Source: Escherichia coli
GTDB lineage: Bacteria; Pseudomonadota; Gammaproteobacteria; Enterobacterales; Enterobacteriaceae
Assembly (NCBI RefSeq): GCF_041886205.1
Contig: NZ_CP169029.1
Reading direction: 5' to 3' (one strand)
Length of the DNA: 64,000 bases
Position numbers and translations under genes: made by a program. The notes beneath the pieces are model-generated. The model did no database searches and had not been told where the DNA came from. It worked only from the letters and a program-made list of their open reading frames with translations. Of the stretch, positions 13,390 to 23,205 are shown piece after piece (position 1 is the stretch's first letter; each line of letters opens with the position of its first letter).

Positions 13390-14889
13390 ATGGGTCTGAT
13401 ATCGAGTGTCGTAAAATCACTTTCTAAACTGTCGATGATTGGTCGCGCGCTGATGCTGCCAATTTCGCTTCTGCCTGCCGCCGGGTTGTTACTGGCGTTC
13501 GGCGATAAATTCCACATGCCGTTGATGATGAATGCCGGCGGTATCATTTTTGATAACTTGCCGATGCTTTTTGCTATCGGTTCTGCCGTGGGACTGGCTT
13601 CAGAATCGGGTATTGCGGCGCTATCCGCAGCTGTATCCGTCTTTGTCACTAATATCACCATCGGTACTGTCCTTGGCATCACACCAGAGATGGCCGGGCA
13701 AGGCGGTAAATATGCGATGGTGGTGGGGATCCCAACGCTGCAAATGGGCGTCTTCGGCGGCCTGATATGCGGGGTTCTGGCGGCGTGGTGTTACAACCGT
13801 TTTCATACCATGCAATTACCAGAATTCCTTGGCTTTTTCTCCGGCAAACGCTTCGTGGCTATCGCGACGGCTTTTCTTTCCTTCATCCTTGGCTTGTTAC
13901 TGCCCTATGTCTGGCAACATATTCAGTCGGGAATCGATGCCCTATCAGTTATCGTCAATGGTGATAACCAGGCGGCATCGACCTTTATTTTTGGTGTGAC
14001 AGAACGTGCGCTCATTCCGCTTGGCCTGCACCACATCTGGTATCCATCGTTCTGGTACTCTTTTGGTGATTACACCACCCAGGCAGGCCAAATGATCCAC
14101 GGTGACCAAACAATTTGGTTCAAAATGCTGGAAGAAGGTGTGAAATCGTTCAGTAGCGACAGCTACCATAACGCGGGTAAGTTTTTACAGGGCGAGTTTC
14201 CGCTCATGCTGTTCGCGCTGCCTGCGGCGTGTCTGGCGATGTACCATGAAGCACACACCAAAAATAAGAAAATTGCCGCCGGTATTCTGTTCTCTGCCGC
14301 ATTAACCTGTTTCCTGACAGGTATTACAGAACCCGTTGAATTTACCTTTATTTTCGTGGCACCGGTACTGTACGTATTTAACGCGATAATGGCTGGCCTC
14401 TCCTATATGGCGATGTATCTGCTCCATGCCCACATTGCAAAATCCTTCTCGGCAGGGCTTATCGATTATATTTCGTTTGGCATCCTGCCATCATTTAACG
14501 GCTACGAAACCAACTTCCTGAGTGCCATTATTGTTGGCGTACCGATGGCGATTATCTATTACTTCACTTTCCGCTTTGTTATTCGCCGTTTTGATGTGAA
14601 AACACCGGGTCGAGCCGAAAGCACTGTATCCGCTAACGATAAAACCGATGATGAACTGGCTACGGAAATTATCAGTCTGCTGGGCGGCCAACAAAATATC
14701 TCTTCCGTCGCATCCTGCATAACGCGCCTGCGTCTGGAAGTGGCGGATAAAGATGTGGTTGATAAAGATGGACTGAACAATGTCGGTGCTCGTGGTGTGG
14801 TTTTCGTCGGCGAGAACGGCATTCAGGTGATTTTTGGCGCACGTGCACAATTTATCGCGCAAACCATGTCGACGATGATTGGCAAATAG
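13390..14889 (+). CDS. PTS glucose-family EIICB permease (substrate unknown)
   Basis: ORF-track entry 13354..14889; start placed at ATG 13390 (GGGGG 8 nt upstream). Multi-TM EIIC domain followed by an EIIB domain with the phospho-Cys motif SVASCITRLRLEV. Confidence 0.8.
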   Translation: MGLISSVVKSLSKLSMIGRALMLPISLLPAAGLLLAFGDKFHMPLMMNAGGIIFDNLPMLFAIGSAVGLASESGIAALSAAVSVFVTNITIGTVLGITPEMAGQGGKYAMVVGIPTLQMGVFGGLICGVLAAWCYNRFHTMQLPEFLGFFSGKRFVAIATAFLSFILGLLLPYVWQHIQSGIDALSVIVNGDNQAASTFIFGVTERALIPLGLHHIWYPSFWYSFGDYTTQAGQMIHGDQTIWFKMLEEGVKSFSSDSYHNAGKFLQGEFPLMLFALPAACLAMYHEAHTKNKKIAAGILFSAALTCFLTGITEPVEFTFIFVAPVLYVFNAIMAGLSYMAMYLLHAHIAKSFSAGLIDYISFGILPSFNGYETNFLSAIIVGVPMAIIYYFTFRFVIRRFDVKTPGRAESTVSANDKTDDELATEIISLLGGQQNISSVASCITRLRLEVADKDVVDKDGLNNVGARGVVFVGENGIQVIFGARAQFIAQTMSTMIGK

Positions 14890-14962
14890 TCATAAGATTA
14901 CGCTTTGTTGGAGGTTCTGGTCCCTGACTGGAACCTTCGTGCTTATTGTTCAGGGAGTGAAT

Positions 14963-15979
14963 TTGAAGAAAGTCAGCATAATTGATGTTGCCAAAAGCGC
15001 AGGAGTCTCAGTCTCTACTGTGTCGCTGGTCCTGCGCCAGAAAGGCAAAATTTCCGAGGCAACCATCGAGAAAGTTCATGCTGCCATTACTGAGCTTGGC
15101 TACGTGCATAATGTTGCCGCCGCCAATTTACGCTCCAACACTTCAAATCTTATCGGTCTGATTTTACGTGATTTTAGCGATAGCTTTTCCATCAAAGTGA
15201 TGGCAAGTATTGTTCAGGAACTGGAAGCACAAGGATATATGGTGTTCCTCGGGCAACCACAAAACGAGCATGAACATCTTGAACGCTGTTTGCTTTCCTT
15301 CAAGCAACAAGGTGTTGCCGGAGTGATTTATCTGGCTTCCGATGCGCAGCGTGAAACCTTACCTGGGCTGATTCGCCAGTGCCCTCTTCCTCTTGTCGTC
15401 ACCTCACAATCCCCCATCAAAGATGAATGCAATCTGGTATTGCGCGACAACCAGCAGGCGGCAAGCCTTGCCGCGCGTTATTTAATTGAGCGTGGACATC
15501 GTTACATTGCCTACCTCGGCGGCAGAGAAAGCGATCTTATCCGCCAACAGCGACTGGTGGGTTTTCGCCAGACCCTGGCAAAATTCGGTATTGCCAGTCG
15601 TGACGAGTTCACGCCAGCCTGTGACGATGATACATACGCCGCCAGCATGGCCACGCGCCAGTTGTTGGAGAATAACAATGCTATCACCGCCCTACTCTGC
15701 CATTCGCCCGAGGCCATGATTGGCAGCATCAACGGCATACATCAGGTGGGGCGCACCGTCGGGAGAGACATCTTTCTGACCCAGCAGGTGGCGCTAATTG
15801 GTTTTGAGGATATGCTGCACATCAACCTGACCTCTCCCGTTTTCACCTATGTCTCTTCCGCCAGTGAAGAAACCGGACGCCAGGCCGCTAATCTGATAAT
15901 CCGCAAATTAAAAGACCCGGAGCTGCAAATTCAAAGAATTGCGCTTTCGGGGCAACTGGTAGTGCGGGAATCGGCGTAA
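14963..15979 (+). CDS. LacI/GalR-family transcriptional regulator
   Basis: ORF-track entry 14879..15979; N-terminal HTH KKVSIIDVAKSAGVSVSTVSLVL followed by a periplasmic-binding-protein-like effector domain; start tentatively TTG 14963 (AGGGAG 5 nt upstream), start codon uncertain. Confidence 0.75.
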   Translation: MKKVSIIDVAKSAGVSVSTVSLVLRQKGKISEATIEKVHAAITELGYVHNVAAANLRSNTSNLIGLILRDFSDSFSIKVMASIVQELEAQGYMVFLGQPQNEHEHLERCLLSFKQQGVAGVIYLASDAQRETLPGLIRQCPLPLVVTSQSPIKDECNLVLRDNQQAASLAARYLIERGHRYIAYLGGRESDLIRQQRLVGFRQTLAKFGIASRDEFTPACDDDTYAASMATRQLLENNNAITALLCHSPEAMIGSINGIHQVGRTVGRDIFLTQQVALIGFEDMLHINLTSPVFTYVSSASEETGRQAANLIIRKLKDPELQIQRIALSGQLVVRESA

Positions 15980-16052
15980 TACAAATGCCGAATGAGATGT
16001 ACGTCGATATCGTCATCCGGCAATAAGGTGTAAACCAACTTAATGCGTATGA

Positions 16053-17606
16053 TTACTTGATATCCTTCACGCGCATACCGTTGAGCTGTTCATCCGTGAT
16101 GGTGTTACCCGCTTTGAAGTAATCAACCACGGCGTGATAAACATAATAACCGCCGGTTGTGTTGCGCGCCTGACCCTCGGTAAATGCGGTAAAACCATCT
16201 CCACCATCAGCAAGGAAACTCTGGGTGGCAATAGAATAAACTGTCGCATCTTCAATGGGTTTGCCATTCAGAGTCAGTGTGATTACCCGCTGACCAACCA
16301 GTTTGCTGCTGTCGTACTTCATTTCCAGGCCTTTCGATACCTGTAAAACGCCATTACTTAAACTTGCGCCGTGTTCCATCAAACTGCGTAATTGTTTACC
16401 CGTGAGTTCCATCGTCACCAGTTCGTTGGGGAACGGGAAGGTACTGATGACGCCGCCCATCGTAATCGCCCCTGCGGGGATCTCATTGCGAATACCACCA
16501 GAGTTGGTTAACGCCAATTGGGTGTTTTTACCCGCCGCTACCAGTAAAGCGTCCGCCGCCAGGTTCCCGAGGGAAGCCGATTCACCATAGGCACGTTTTA
16601 ATTCAACCGGCGACTGCGCCACCGTTTGTTGCACCACTTCATCAAGCTTTTTATTCCAGCCGTCGATTACCTGTTTCGTTTGCGGATCGGGCTTCCACTC
16701 GTCGGCGTAAATGGTTTTAAGCTCGAAGTTTTTCACCGTAAAATCATGCGGCTTCTCTTTGTAGTCGAGAACCAGTTTGCCCACATCAATCCCGCCGCTG
16801 TCAGTGGAAAGGATGAGTGTATTGCCGACTTTAATCGGTTCCGGCGTACCCACATGTGCATGTCCGGTGATCAAAATATCCAGCCCTTTCACCTGACTTG
16901 CCGTCTGGATATCTTTATCCAACGCGCGACGCACATCCGTGCCTCCCATACTGGACTGGCGGGCCGGAACACCTTCGTGGATCAGGGCGACGGTTAGATC
17001 AACCTTGCCTTTGAGTTCATCGATATAACGTTGTAGCCATTTAATTTCATCGCGCGCTTCAATACCCACGCGCGTGGCAGCAGATACCGTATCGTTGAAG
17101 GCAAATACGCCGTGCAAACCTATAACGCCAATTTTCACGCCGTCTTTTTCGATGATGGTATATGGCTTATCCCAGAATGATTTACTGCTGTTCTGATAAA
17201 AAACATTGCCCTGCACAATAGGGAATTTTGCCTGACTCAACTGTAATAATGTGTTGTCCCAGCCGTGGTCAAATTCATGGTTGCCTATCGTGACGGCATC
17301 AAACGGCATAGTATTCATAATATCGATAATAGCCTTACCTTTGGTCAGGCTGCTGATATAGGGCCCGGTAAAATAATCACCCGCATCAAAAAACCATGTC
17401 GCTTTATTTTTTGCTTTTTCTTGCTTAACCAGCGTAGTGATATTTGCCCAGCCGCCAATATCCCGTTTACCGTCAGCGATCCACGGCACTTTATAAGGCT
17501 CGACATGCGCATGGAGGTCGTTGGTATAAATGATGGTGACATCTTTGGCGCAAGCCCAGAACGGCAATGTTAATGCGATACCCGCAGCAAGTATTTTAAT
17601 TTTCAT
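16053..17606 (-). CDS. Secreted bifunctional metallophosphoesterase / 5'-nucleotidase (UshA-like)
   Basis: 517-aa ORF with signal peptide [20 protein letters not shown]; calcineurin-like motifs DLHAH, GDYF, GNHEFD, GHAH, then a 5'-nucleotidase C-terminal-type domain. Confidence 0.75.
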   Translation of the reverse strand: MKIKILAAGIALTLPFWACAKDVTIIYTNDLHAHVEPYKVPWIADGKRDIGGWANITTLVKQEKAKNKATWFFDAGDYFTGPYISSLTKGKAIIDIMNTMPFDAVTIGNHEFDHGWDNTLLQLSQAKFPIVQGNVFYQNSSKSFWDKPYTIIEKDGVKIGVIGLHGVFAFNDTVSAATRVGIEARDEIKWLQRYIDELKGKVDLTVALIHEGVPARQSSMGGTDVRRALDKDIQTASQVKGLDILITGHAHVGTPEPIKVGNTLILSTDSGGIDVGKLVLDYKEKPHDFTVKNFELKTIYADEWKPDPQTKQVIDGWNKKLDEVVQQTVAQSPVELKRAYGESASLGNLAADALLVAAGKNTQLALTNSGGIRNEIPAGAITMGGVISTFPFPNELVTMELTGKQLRSLMEHGASLSNGVLQVSKGLEMKYDSSKLVGQRVITLTLNGKPIEDATVYSIATQSFLADGGDGFTAFTEGQARNTTGGYYVYHAVVDYFKAGNTITDEQLNGMRVKDIK

Positions 17607-17738
17607 AAATAGTCCCTTTCAGTGATTTAAAGGATTGCTACATTACGTTCTGAAAGAGTTATTTATGTGAGAGTAATCACATCCGCAGGGGATAGTTGCC
17701 GGACAAAATCAACGACCTTGTGAAATCGTTGGTGATAT

Positions 17739-18869
17739 ATGTCGACTCTGTTTACGATTAATGCCTGCAAGTCGTTTGGTTGCCGTAATTTAGGGCAACC
17801 AACATCGACAGATTACAGCTGGCCAGACTATCGACTGGGTTATCCGGCACTGCACTGTCGGGCATGTGGAAGTTACCCGCCTTTGTTTGACGAACAGCAA
17901 TTTCGTGACTGGCTGTCAGTTCACTTATCTACTTTTGCAACTGAGAAAGGTCATTTCTGCCCGGTATGTTATGGCACAAAGACGATTTGTTATGGCCACA
18001 ATCCACAGGGGTCGCAACGCATTCAATGTCGTAACTGCAAAAAAGTCTGGACACCTAAACAATATCAGAAAGAAATAACGCCTCCTGAAATAATCGAAAC
18101 GGTTGCTCTTCTGGTGCCATTTCAGGGAGCCAGCAATGGGCAGAAACTGTATGTTTTAATCAGTTTTGATGCTCTTCGCGGTAATATTCTTCATCTTTCT
18201 ACTAATTACACGCAGCATCAGGCTGGAGAAAGTCTGCATTATCGATACAGAGGAAATGCAGAACCAGAGTTACACGAGAGTAATATTGTACAACGCGTTG
18301 ATATGCGCGAAGCACAATTTCTACGCCGCAGTCAGTTTGATGAAATTCAGTATGGCAGCGCAGCGCTCAAACGCAATGCTAAAGGTGTTATTCTGCGTCC
18401 GGTTATCACTGCACACGGGCATTTCAGAGTACTGAATATTTTATTCCCTACAGTAAAAACACATGTAATTTCACACGAGTGTTTTTTAAGAGGTGCCATT
18501 ATTACGGCATGGGCTGATCTTTTTCGCCAACAGCAAGGTGAGATTTGGTTTATTGAAGAGGAAATAGCTGACTATACCGATAATATGCCCTGGAGTTTTC
18601 AGGGAACAACTTATCACGGCTGGTGGAAAAATCAGTGGCAACTTTGGGTTCAGGGCAAAAATCGTAAAATGGTATGTGCATTAACAGGCGGAAATAACAG
18701 CAAAGCTGAAATGCTCTCTTTCGCAACCAGCAGACATTTTATCGACTGGCTACATAAACAAGCAGTATTTACTCACAGCACCCCGCTTTCCGCAGGGCGC
18801 GTTACGCAAATACTGCTTTCTCTGGCTCAGGATTACAACAACTGCGCCAGCCGGTTGATATCCGACTGA
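17739..18869 (+). CDS. Hypothetical protein with N-terminal Cys-rich zinc-ribbon-like motifs; function unknown
   Basis: 376-aa ORF; four CxxC pairs in the first ~100 aa (HCRACGS, CPVCYG, CRNCKK); lower GC than neighbours; 3' end overlaps the metL 3' end by 37 bp on the opposite strand. Confidence 0.5.
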   Translation: MSTLFTINACKSFGCRNLGQPTSTDYSWPDYRLGYPALHCRACGSYPPLFDEQQFRDWLSVHLSTFATEKGHFCPVCYGTKTICYGHNPQGSQRIQCRNCKKVWTPKQYQKEITPPEIIETVALLVPFQGASNGQKLYVLISFDALRGNILHLSTNYTQHQAGESLHYRYRGNAEPELHESNIVQRVDMREAQFLRRSQFDEIQYGSAALKRNAKGVILRPVITAHGHFRVLNILFPTVKTHVISHECFLRGAIITAWADLFRQQQGEIWFIEEEIADYTDNMPWSFQGTTYHGWWKNQWQLWVQGKNRKMVCALTGGNNSKAEMLSFATSRHFIDWLHKQAVFTHSTPLSAGRVTQILLSLAQDYNNCASRLISD

Positions 18870-21265
18870 ATCGCCCCGGCGGTGACATCGCGCCCTGCGC
18901 CTGGTCCGCGGATCACCAGCGGGTTATCGCGATACCAGCGGCTTTCGATGGCAAAGACGTTATCGCACGGCAGCAGTGATGCCAGCGGATGGTCTTCACG
19001 CACCGCTTCCACGCCCACACGCGCTTTGCCATTGGCATCGAAACGCGCCACGTAGCGCAGCACCAGCCCCATTTCGCGGGCCGCTTCCAGCCGTTGCACC
19101 ATCTGCTCGTTCAGTTCATCGCCATTTTCAAAGAAATGGTCGATGCTGCCGCCTTCGCAATGGGCAGGCACCAGCGATTCAACGCGCACCTGATCCGGTT
19201 CGATGTCGTAACCCGCTTCACGCGCCAGAATCACCAGCTTGCGCATCACGTCTTTGCCGGAAAGGTCATCACGCGGGTCAGGTTCGGTTAAGCCCTGCTG
19301 CCACGCCTGATCCACCAGCTCGGTAAACGGCACGCTACCGTCGAATTGCAGGAACAGCCAGGAGAGCGTGCCAGAGAAGATCCCGCTGATCGACAAAATA
19401 GTATCGCCGCTATCGATCAGATCGCGCACGGTATGGTTGATCGGCAAGCCCGCACCGACGGTGGCATTGTACAGCCAGTGACGCCCGGTTTTTTCGAAGG
19501 CGTCGTGGATCTGGCGATATTTATTGCTGTCGCTGGCTCCTGCCAGTTTGTTGGCGCTAATGACGTGGAAACCGTGGCTGGCGAAATCGAGATACTGGTC
19601 AGCAAGCTGCTGGCTGGCGGTAACGTCCAGCACCACTAAATCATCATACGGATGGGCGCGCATCCACAGGAACAGCGACTCTTCATCCTGCTCGACCGCT
19701 TCATCGTTGAAGAAGGCTAACGCGCGGCTGGCGTCCAGCCCGTCATAACTCAACAGGCTACGGCGGCTGTCCACCACACCTGCCAGCACAAATTCAAAGC
19801 CGGTACGCGCCGAAAGCGTGCTCTGCTCACGGGCGAACAGTTCCAGCCAGCGGGAACCGATATTGCCCTTGCCGAACAATACCAGGCCGATGCGTTTTTC
19901 CGCGCGGAAGACGGACTGATGCAGCCCCTGAATCAGGCTTTCGGTCGGGCCGGTGCGCAGTACTGCCACCAGGCTGATGCCGTCATCGGACTGCCAGGTA
20001 AACTCGACCGGCTGGCCTTTCAGTTGCTGCCAGAAGCGGTGGCAATGCAGCGGGTTACGGGTGACACCCGCCCCGACCATCGCCACTAGCGCCAGCCCCT
20101 GACGCAGGCGCAGTTCGCCAGGTAATCCCGCTTCGTCGAGAATTTTCAGCGCACTGTCAGCGACTTCTGAGGTGTAGCAAAATTGCAGCAACTGGCGATC
20201 GTTATGCACGCCAACCGCCAGTGGGCGCACCTGAGCACGTTTCAGGATCTGGTCGATCTCTTTATGCGCCAGTTTGAAATCCTGGCTGGCGGGCACCTGA
20301 AACTCAATCAAGCAGACATCATCGTGGCTGGTGACAATACGCGCTCCAGTACCGGAGGCCAGCACGCGTTCAATGCGCGTGGAACCTTGATCCGGCGTGT
20401 AGCTACAGCGCAGCTGCAGGTCGATTTCGCTGCCAGAAACCGGCTGTAAAGTACGGGCGTGAAGAACGGGAGCCGCCAGACGCGCCAGTTCGCTGGCTTC
20501 ATCCAGACGCAGCAACGGTAGCAGGCAGGCATCTTTCACTTTACGCGGGTCGGCACTGTATACCCCGGCGACGTCGCTCCAGATGGTTACACGAGAAACA
20601 CCCGCCAGCGCACCGATTTGTGTCGCGGAATAGTCGGAACCGTTACGCCCCAGCAGCACCGTTTCACCGGCGTTGTTACGGCTGATAAACCCGGTCACCA
20701 CCAGACGTTTGCCCGGATGTTGCACCAGTAGCTGTTGCAGCAACGGGTAAGAAAGCCCTTCATCAACCTGCGGTTGCGCAGCGCGTTCAGCGCGTAAAAA
20801 CTCGCGGGCATCAAGCCAGGCCGCTGACAGCCCTTGTTGATTAAGCACCGCAGACATCAGGCGTGCCGACCATACTTCCCCGTGGCCCACCACTTCCGCA
20901 TACACCGCGTCGTTAATACCGCTGTCGAGCAGCGCCGCCAGGCGCTCAAGATCGCTGACAAAAGCGCTAATGAGGCTATCGGCTTCTTCAGCGGGTAACA
21001 GACCGCTAATCAGATCGCACTGATAGCGACGCAGCGTTTGTTGAACCTGATGCGCAGAGAGACGATCGGTCTGGCTTAGTTTCAACCAGTTAATCAACTG
21101 GTTAGTGGTGCTACCGGCGGCGGAAACCACCATCATATCGTCAGGCTGAGAGTACTCCGCCATAATGCCCGCGACACGCAAATAACACTTCACATCAGCC
21201 AGACTACTGCCACCAAATTTATGCAGTTGACGACCTTTCGCCCCTGCCTGCGCAATCACACTCAT
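18833..21265 (-). CDS. metL: Bifunctional aspartokinase II / homoserine dehydrogenase II
   Basis: 810-aa ORF MSVIAQAGAKGRQLHKFGGSSLADVKCYLRVAGIMAEY. Confidence 0.95.
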   Translation of the reverse strand: MSVIAQAGAKGRQLHKFGGSSLADVKCYLRVAGIMAEYSQPDDMMVVSAAGSTTNQLINWLKLSQTDRLSAHQVQQTLRRYQCDLISGLLPAEEADSLISAFVSDLERLAALLDSGINDAVYAEVVGHGEVWSARLMSAVLNQQGLSAAWLDAREFLRAERAAQPQVDEGLSYPLLQQLLVQHPGKRLVVTGFISRNNAGETVLLGRNGSDYSATQIGALAGVSRVTIWSDVAGVYSADPRKVKDACLLPLLRLDEASELARLAAPVLHARTLQPVSGSEIDLQLRCSYTPDQGSTRIERVLASGTGARIVTSHDDVCLIEFQVPASQDFKLAHKEIDQILKRAQVRPLAVGVHNDRQLLQFCYTSEVADSALKILDEAGLPGELRLRQGLALVAMVGAGVTRNPLHCHRFWQQLKGQPVEFTWQSDDGISLVAVLRTGPTESLIQGLHQSVFRAEKRIGLVLFGKGNIGSRWLELFAREQSTLSARTGFEFVLAGVVDSRRSLLSYDGLDASRALAFFNDEAVEQDEESLFLWMRAHPYDDLVVLDVTASQQLADQYLDFASHGFHVISANKLAGASDSNKYRQIHDAFEKTGRHWLYNATVGAGLPINHTVRDLIDSGDTILSISGIFSGTLSWLFLQFDGSVPFTELVDQAWQQGLTEPDPRDDLSGKDVMRKLVILAREAGYDIEPDQVRVESLVPAHCEGGSIDHFFENGDELNEQMVQRLEAAREMGLVLRYVARFDANGKARVGVEAVREDHPLASLLPCDNVFAIESRWYRDNPLVIRGPGAGRDVTAGAIQSDINRLAQLL

Positions 21266-21267
21266 TT

Positions 21268-22428
21268 TTACCCCTTGTTTGCAGCCCGGAAGCCATTTTC
21301 CAGGTCGGCAATTAAATCTTCGCCATCTTCAATACCGGTGGAGATACGCAGCAGCGTCTCGGAGATCCCGGCGGCAGCACGCGCTTCTGGTGCCATGCCT
21401 GCATGTGTCATGGTTGCGGCGTGAGAGATTAAACTTTCCACTCCCCCTAATGATTCCGCCAGCGTAAACAACGACAGCCCGCCCAGGAAACGACGCAGCG
21501 TCTGCTCATCGCCATCCAGTTCAAAACTCAACATTGCGCCAAAGCCTTTTTGCTGGCGCGCGGCAATTTCATGCCCCTGATTTTCTGGCAACGACGGGTG
21601 ATACAGTTTTTTCACCAACGGCTGGGTTTGCAGGTATTTCACAATCGCCTGCGCGTTGCGCTGCGCCAGCTCCATACGCGGCACCAGCGTTCGCAACCCA
21701 CGTAGCAGCAGATAGCTGTCAAACGCGCCACCCGTCACGCCAATATTGTTTGCCCACCAGGCAAGTTCAGTGACAACGTCCGGGTCTTTAGCAATCACCA
21801 CGCCGGCCACCACGTCTGAGTGACCGTTCAGATATTTCGTGCATGAATGCAACACCAGATCGGCACCTAATGCCAGCGGATTTTGTAATGCCGGGCTTAA
21901 GAAGGTGTTATCCACCACGCTCACCGCCCCGACTTCCCTTGCCAGATGGCAGATTTTCGCAATATCCACGACGCGTAACAATGGATTACTTGGGCTTTCT
22001 ACCAGTACCAGTTTGGGTTTTTCTGCCAGCGCTGCCCGTAATGCCTGTTCATCGCCTTGATCAACAAACAACACGCGATAGCAACCACGTTTCGCCAGGC
22101 TGTCGAACAGACGATAGCTACCGCCGTAGCAGTCGTGTGGCGCAACCAGCAGATCGCCAGGTTTCAAAAAGACGGTCGTTACCAGGTGAATCGCGGACAT
22201 GCCGGTATTAGTAAGTACTGCACCAGCACCGCCTTCCAGTTCTGCCAGCGCACGCTGAACCACATCGCGCGTTGGGTTGCCGCGACGCGAGTAATCATGC
22301 GCGCGCGGTTCATTAAATCCGGTAAAGTTATAGGTACTGGAAAGATGGATGGGTGGGACAACGCAACCATACTGTTCGTCGTCATTTAACCCGCTACGCA
22401 CTGCGATGGTGGCCTGTTTTCGCGTCAT
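21268..22428 (-). CDS. metB: Cystathionine gamma-synthase
   Basis: ORF-track entry 21268..22605 trimmed to MTRKQATIAVRSGLNDDEQYG (386 aa); PLP-dependent family. Confidence 0.95.
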   Translation of the reverse strand: MTRKQATIAVRSGLNDDEQYGCVVPPIHLSSTYNFTGFNEPRAHDYSRRGNPTRDVVQRALAELEGGAGAVLTNTGMSAIHLVTTVFLKPGDLLVAPHDCYGGSYRLFDSLAKRGCYRVLFVDQGDEQALRAALAEKPKLVLVESPSNPLLRVVDIAKICHLAREVGAVSVVDNTFLSPALQNPLALGADLVLHSCTKYLNGHSDVVAGVVIAKDPDVVTELAWWANNIGVTGGAFDSYLLLRGLRTLVPRMELAQRNAQAIVKYLQTQPLVKKLYHPSLPENQGHEIAARQQKGFGAMLSFELDGDEQTLRRFLGGLSLFTLAESLGGVESLISHAATMTHAGMAPEARAAAGISETLLRISTGIEDGEDLIADLENGFRAANKG

Positions 22429-22491
22429 GTGATGAAGTTCCCTGGGCTTTGTCGGTGAAATGTCAGGCACCAGAGTAAACATTGTGTTAAT

Positions 22492-22523
22492 GGACGTCAA
22501 TACATCTGGACATCTAAACTTCT
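22492..22523. promoter_or_regulatory. Met-box repeats in the metB/metJ divergent control region
   Basis: Minus-strand reading AGATGTCC AGATGTAT TGACGTCC: tandem 8-mers close to the AGACGTCT consensus. Confidence 0.55.
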
Positions 22524-22704
22524 TTGCGTATAGATTGAGCAAATCCCAAATAGCCGTTAAAATTATATGCATTATCACGCCGACAGGTGCATTACACGAT
22601 GTCACGGTAGCGCCTGTACGGTAAACTATGCGGGTTTACAGCCAGTGCCCACATTCACTGTGTGGTCTGGTCTCAATTTATTGACGAAGAGGATTAAGTA
22701 TCTC

Positions 22705-23022
22705 ATGGCTGAATGGAGCGGCGAATATATCAGCCCATACGCTGAGCACGGCAAGAAGAGTGAACAAGTCAAAAAGATTACGGTTTCCATTCCTCTTAAG
22801 GTGTTAAAAATCCTCACCGATGAACGCACGCGTCGTCAGGTGAACAACCTGCGTCACGCGACTAACAGCGAGCTGCTGTGCGAAGCGTTTCTGCATGCCT
22901 TTACCGGGCAACCTTTGCCGGATGATGCCGATCTGCGTAAAGAGCGCAGCGACGAAATCCCGGAAGCGGCAAAAGAGATCATGCGTGAGATGGGGATTAA
23001 CCCGGAGACGTGGGAATACTAA
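22705..23022 (+). CDS. metJ: Methionine repressor MetJ
   Basis: ORF-track entry 22567..23022 trimmed to [37 protein letters not shown] (105 aa). Confidence 0.95.
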
Positions 23023-23050
23023 AGCGGAAAAGAGCGGCGCGGAGTGGAAT

Positions 23051-23148
23051 CGCCTGATGCGCTACGCTTATCAGGCCTACGTCATATTGCAATTTATTGA
23101 ATTTGCACGAACTTGTAGGCCGGATAAGGCGTTCACGCCGCATCCGGC
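23051..23148. repeat. RIP/BIME-type element (inverted REP pair with IHF-site-like spacer)
   Basis: gcctgatgcgctacgcttatcaggcctac ... tgcaatttattgaatttgca ... gtaggccggataaggcgttcacgccgcatccggc. Confidence 0.8.
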
Positions 23149-23205
23149 ATAAACAACGAGCACGTTGTCTGCGACCCACCGCTTTTTATACATGGACGTT
23201 TAACT

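Noticed and set aside
13100-18870. Insert 1 as a transposon, integron or prophage remnant
   Set aside because: No integrase or transposase with recognisable catalytic motifs, no terminal inverted repeats, no flanking direct repeats and no tRNA/attachment site were found; only the zinc-ribbon protein is vaguely transposase-like, and that is unsupported.
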